From NCBI RefSeq assembly GCF_009914755.1, contig NC_060930.1: 64,000 nt of DNA; one strand, given 5' to 3'. Of the stretch, positions 63,357 through 64,000 are shown in pieces. The notes beneath the pieces are model-generated. The model worked only from the letters and a program-made list of their open reading frames with translations. It was not told the DNA's origin and did no database searches. The stretch comes from the human T2T-CHM13v2.0 reference genome, Homo sapiens. The stretch's first letter is position 1; the number at the start of each line of letters is the position of its first letter. The translations under genes were made by a program, and so were the position numbers.

Positions 63357-64000
63357 CTAATGGACAAAGGGAAAATTGTCAGTCCCTGGGAGGATAAGGC
63401 TCACCGTTTTGTCAGTTTCAATGCCTGATGAAATCCCCTTCATTTAAATACTTCTGCTGGAATGTAGACTTATTTTATCATGCTCTCTCTTGTAGAAGCA
63501 CAGTAGGGTAGACCAGACATTCAGGAGTGGAAGCACTATTATTTAGCCAGTTTAGGTTAGCTATTACTATTCTCTGCTGCTTTATTACATTTTCATGACA
63601 ATAATCTAAATGTCCAGCAATTTAGGAATGGTTAAATAATGTATGAGAAGACCACTAACTTTACCATTTAACAATAGATAAAATTAAGAAAAAAAAAACT
63701 GGGACATATACAAGAAATAGGGCTAGAAGAAGATGTGCCAAAATTGTAAGAATTATAGTAAAAGGAAATGTAACTAGGGCTAACACTGTGGCATTTGTAG
63801 CATTTTAGCTGACCAGCATCCATTATACTTTCTTTTGTTAACAGACCCTAATTTCCTTGAGGTATTGCTCTGCCCCATTGACTAGAGCTGAGTGGAACTG
63901 TCAAGCAAGACATCTTATCCTACCATGGCCAGAGTCACATACTCGGGCTTTAAGAGAAATATGGAGCAAAAGGGAAAAGAGGTAGGAAATATTTAGATCT

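Overview
This is human (or near-identical great-ape) genomic DNA covering the middle of PKHD1 (fibrocystin/polyductin, the ARPKD gene) on the minus strand. Twelve coding exons have exact GT-AG boundaries (213, 211, 158, 192, 126, 57, 131, 113, 106, 135, 136 and 247 nt; 1825 nt total). They splice into one open frame: the G8 domain followed by PbH1 beta-helix repeats. The sizes match exons 37-48 (c.5909-7733); that numbering is recalled, not looked up. The introns contain a full-length but inactivated L1PA2 antisense to the gene (17-bp TSD), an internally deleted L1PA6-like element in sense orientation, three near-full Alus, and many older LINE, LTR and DNA-transposon relics. No new gene system is evident, and nearly all short ORFs in the track are repeat or intron noise. 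The best leads are: (1) an intact L1 ORF0 whose SD2 donor is in frame with PKHD1 exon 45; (2) a latent 116-nt pseudoexon one base away from a perfect donor; (3) inverted repeats bracketing exons 38-43 and exons 44-46, the latter able to form a stop-free 354-nt circle; (4) two dispersed 100-135 bp local duplications in intron 43.
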